DNA of 64,000 bases from a virus (lineage: Duplodnaviria > Caudoviricetes): positions 64,001 to 128,000 of the IMG/VR virus record IMGVR_UViG_2595698451_000001. One strand, given 5' to 3'. The translations under genes were made by a program, and so were the position numbers. Shown piece by piece: positions 62,097 to 64,000 of the stretch (position 1 is the first letter of the stretch; the number at the start of each line of letters is the position of its first letter). The notes under the pieces are model-generated. The model made no database searches and was not told where the DNA came from. It was given only the letters and a program-made list of their open reading frames with translations.

Positions 62097-62139
62097 CGGG
62101 CACCTCGTCCTATATTAGACACAGAAAGGACGTGATGAT

Positions 62140-63573
62140 TTGAGCAAGTTTAGACCGAAATTCCATATTACACCGGAGAGTGGATGGATGAGTGATATTC
62201 AGCGCCCGCTATACCTTAACGGAGCTCATCATTTGTTTTACCTCTATAACGGTGATTTTAGCTGGGGAGGTAATGGAACAGAGTGGGCACATGTAAAGTC
62301 CGTGGACTTGAAGAACTGGAAAAGGCTACCTATAGCAATACCAAAGTACACAGATGAAGCCGGAGACCCATGGACCGGGAGTGCTATTGTGGACAAAGAT
62401 AATACTGCGGGGTTTGGAGAGGGTGCCGTAATCGCACTACTGACTATGCCAGCCCCAGAGTACCAATATACTCACCTGTGGTACAGTACAGATGAAGGTA
62501 GCAGCTTTAAACATTATAATCCTGGTCCTTCCTCTTCAACTCCACAGCCTGTAATGAAGAACCCGACAGGGAGTTCTGATTTTAGAGACCCGAAAGTAAT
62601 TTGGCACGAAGAGACTCAAAGTTGGGTGATGCTGCTTGCAGAAGGGGACAAGGTAGGATTTTACAAGTCCAAAAATCTTAAGGACTGGGAATACCTTAGC
62701 GGGTTTGTAAGACCGGACATAGGGGTTATCGAATGTCCCGATCTTTTCCAGATCAACCTAGATGAAGACTCGAATAATAAAAAATGGGTTCTTATGATCG
62801 GGGGTAACGGGTTTAACTATGGCTTGACAACTGGGTTCTGTTATTTTGTAGGTGACTTTGACGGGGTTAATTTTAAACCAGAGACCGACATTCAGTGGCT
62901 CGAAAGAGGGGCGGACTCCTATGCTGGAGCTACTTGGGACGCACCGTATACAGAAGGTAACTATAGATACTACATCTCATGGATGAACAACTGGGCTTAC
63001 GCATTAGAGACTCCTTGGGAAGAGTACAACGGGAACGCAAGTATAGTGAGAGAGCTGCGCCTGAAAACTGTTAAAGGCATACCTAAGCTCGTTCAGCAGC
63101 CACTCTGGAATTTGTCAGAAGGTTTCGAAGAGGTTCTATCCTTAAACCACTTTGAGCTCACAAGGGGTAACGTTATTCAGCAGTCTGACTTAAAATCGTA
63201 CATAGTAAACCTAGCTGTAGAGGTAACTGATGTCACAAGAGGTAAGTTTGGTATAGCTCTTCGAGACGGTGTAAACCACACTGATCTGGTATATGATGCA
63301 GCTAACAACGAGCTTATATTCAACCGTCAACAGAGTGGAGCAGTAATTGACAAACCTGAGTTTAACAACTTACAACGAACAATAACCCTTCCTAAAGATG
63401 GACGAATTAAGTTAGAAATCGTAGTAGACAACAGCACTGTGGAGATATTTGTTAATGACGGCGAAGAAGTCCTTTCAAATATGATATTCCCCGAAGAGGG
63501 CTCGACAGGATTCCGTATATGGACAGACGATTCAGCGCTAATTGAAAGTCTGTCTATTAAGAAGGCGGACTAG
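62140..63573 (+). CDS. levB: GH32 levanase, LevB-like, without signal peptide
   Basis: WMSD nucleophile, WTGS, FRDP, ECPD, WMNNW; GNGTEW and AIPKYT segments as in Bacillus LevB. Confidence 0.85.
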   Translation: MSKFRPKFHITPESGWMSDIQRPLYLNGAHHLFYLYNGDFSWGGNGTEWAHVKSVDLKNWKRLPIAIPKYTDEAGDPWTGSAIVDKDNTAGFGEGAVIALLTMPAPEYQYTHLWYSTDEGSSFKHYNPGPSSSTPQPVMKNPTGSSDFRDPKVIWHEETQSWVMLLAEGDKVGFYKSKNLKDWEYLSGFVRPDIGVIECPDLFQINLDEDSNNKKWVLMIGGNGFNYGLTTGFCYFVGDFDGVNFKPETDIQWLERGADSYAGATWDAPYTEGNYRYYISWMNNWAYALETPWEEYNGNASIVRELRLKTVKGIPKLVQQPLWNLSEGFEEVLSLNHFELTRGNVIQQSDLKSYIVNLAVEVTDVTRGKFGIALRDGVNHTDLVYDAANNELIFNRQQSGAVIDKPEFNNLQRTITLPKDGRIKLEIVVDNSTVEIFVNDGEEVLSNMIFPEEGSTGFRIWTDDSALIESLSIKKAD

Positions 63574-63718
63574 ATATAGAGGCTTATACCACTAAAAACA
63601 AGGGTTATCCCCTTGTTTTTTTATTTATGTACAGACATAGGATTCCGCATATGCCCATAAAGTAGAATCACAAGGGTATTACAAAGTATGCGAAGGAATG
63701 ACAAAGGAGGAGTTAAGT

Positions 63719-64000
63719 GTGACAAAGTATGCGGGTTTTAATGTAAAAGCGTTGGACGATGGGTATGGGGATGTAAAATTCGACAGCACAGGTTCTCCTA
63801 ATCTTATCCCATCATTCGTCACAAGTTTTAAGGAAAAGCCTAAAAAGGACTTTGGGCAAGACAGCAAGCTGTGGTATGTAGCCAGCGAGATTGACGGAGA
63901 AAGATATGTAGTAGGAGACTACGCAATGAAGCTGGACCCAAACATCATCTGGGCTGGAGGGGAAAACAAACACACTGACAAGAGGTTCCCGGTCTTATTA
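63719..64000 (+). CDS. ParM/StbA-like actin ATPase, 5' part (runs off the window)
   Basis: AAGGAGG RBS, GTG start; ALDDGYGDVK phosphate-1 motif, IPSFV, YVVGDYA. Confidence 0.75.
   Translation, partial: MTKYAGFNVKALDDGYGDVKFDSTGSPNLIPSFVTSFKEKPKKDFGQDSKLWYVASEIDGERYVVGDYAMKLDPNIIWAGGENKHTDKRFPVLL

Noticed and set aside
165-63867. Other minus-strand ORFs, including 32677-33345
   Set aside because: They overlap well-supported plus-strand genes and lack RBS or recognisable motifs.
1-64000. tRNA/rRNA genes
   Set aside because: No cloverleaf with a proper T-loop/acceptor arrangement was found by eye in intergenic regions; tRNAscan-SE would confirm.

Overview
A 64-kb, almost entirely plus-strand segment of a large lytic Bacillus myophage. 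Gene order and content fit Herelleviridae/Bastillevirinae, resembling the phiNIT1/Grass group (inferred from recalled gene families, not searched). In order: end of the tail/baseplate module (1-13.1 kb), an AT-rich palindromic origin candidate, replication/recombination/nucleotide genes (13.4-43.3 kb), a holin, then many early/middle accessory genes. The accessory genes include a sporulation-type sigma factor, a LevB-like GH32 levanase and the start of an actin-like ATPase. Self-splicing elements are abundant: a LAGLIDADG intein in the SF2 helicase DExH motif, and two group I introns in nrdE flanking a 66-nt exon, one holding a GIY-YIG relic. The most striking is a single 1.6-kb group I intron in the DNA polymerase that carries two unrelated homing endonucleases (LAGLIDADG and HNH) in different loops, with a late-promoter/RBS-sequestering hairpin on the first. 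About ten single-base frameshifts in short base runs look like sequencing errors. No tRNA, rRNA or CRISPR array was seen. All calls are by eye from motifs.
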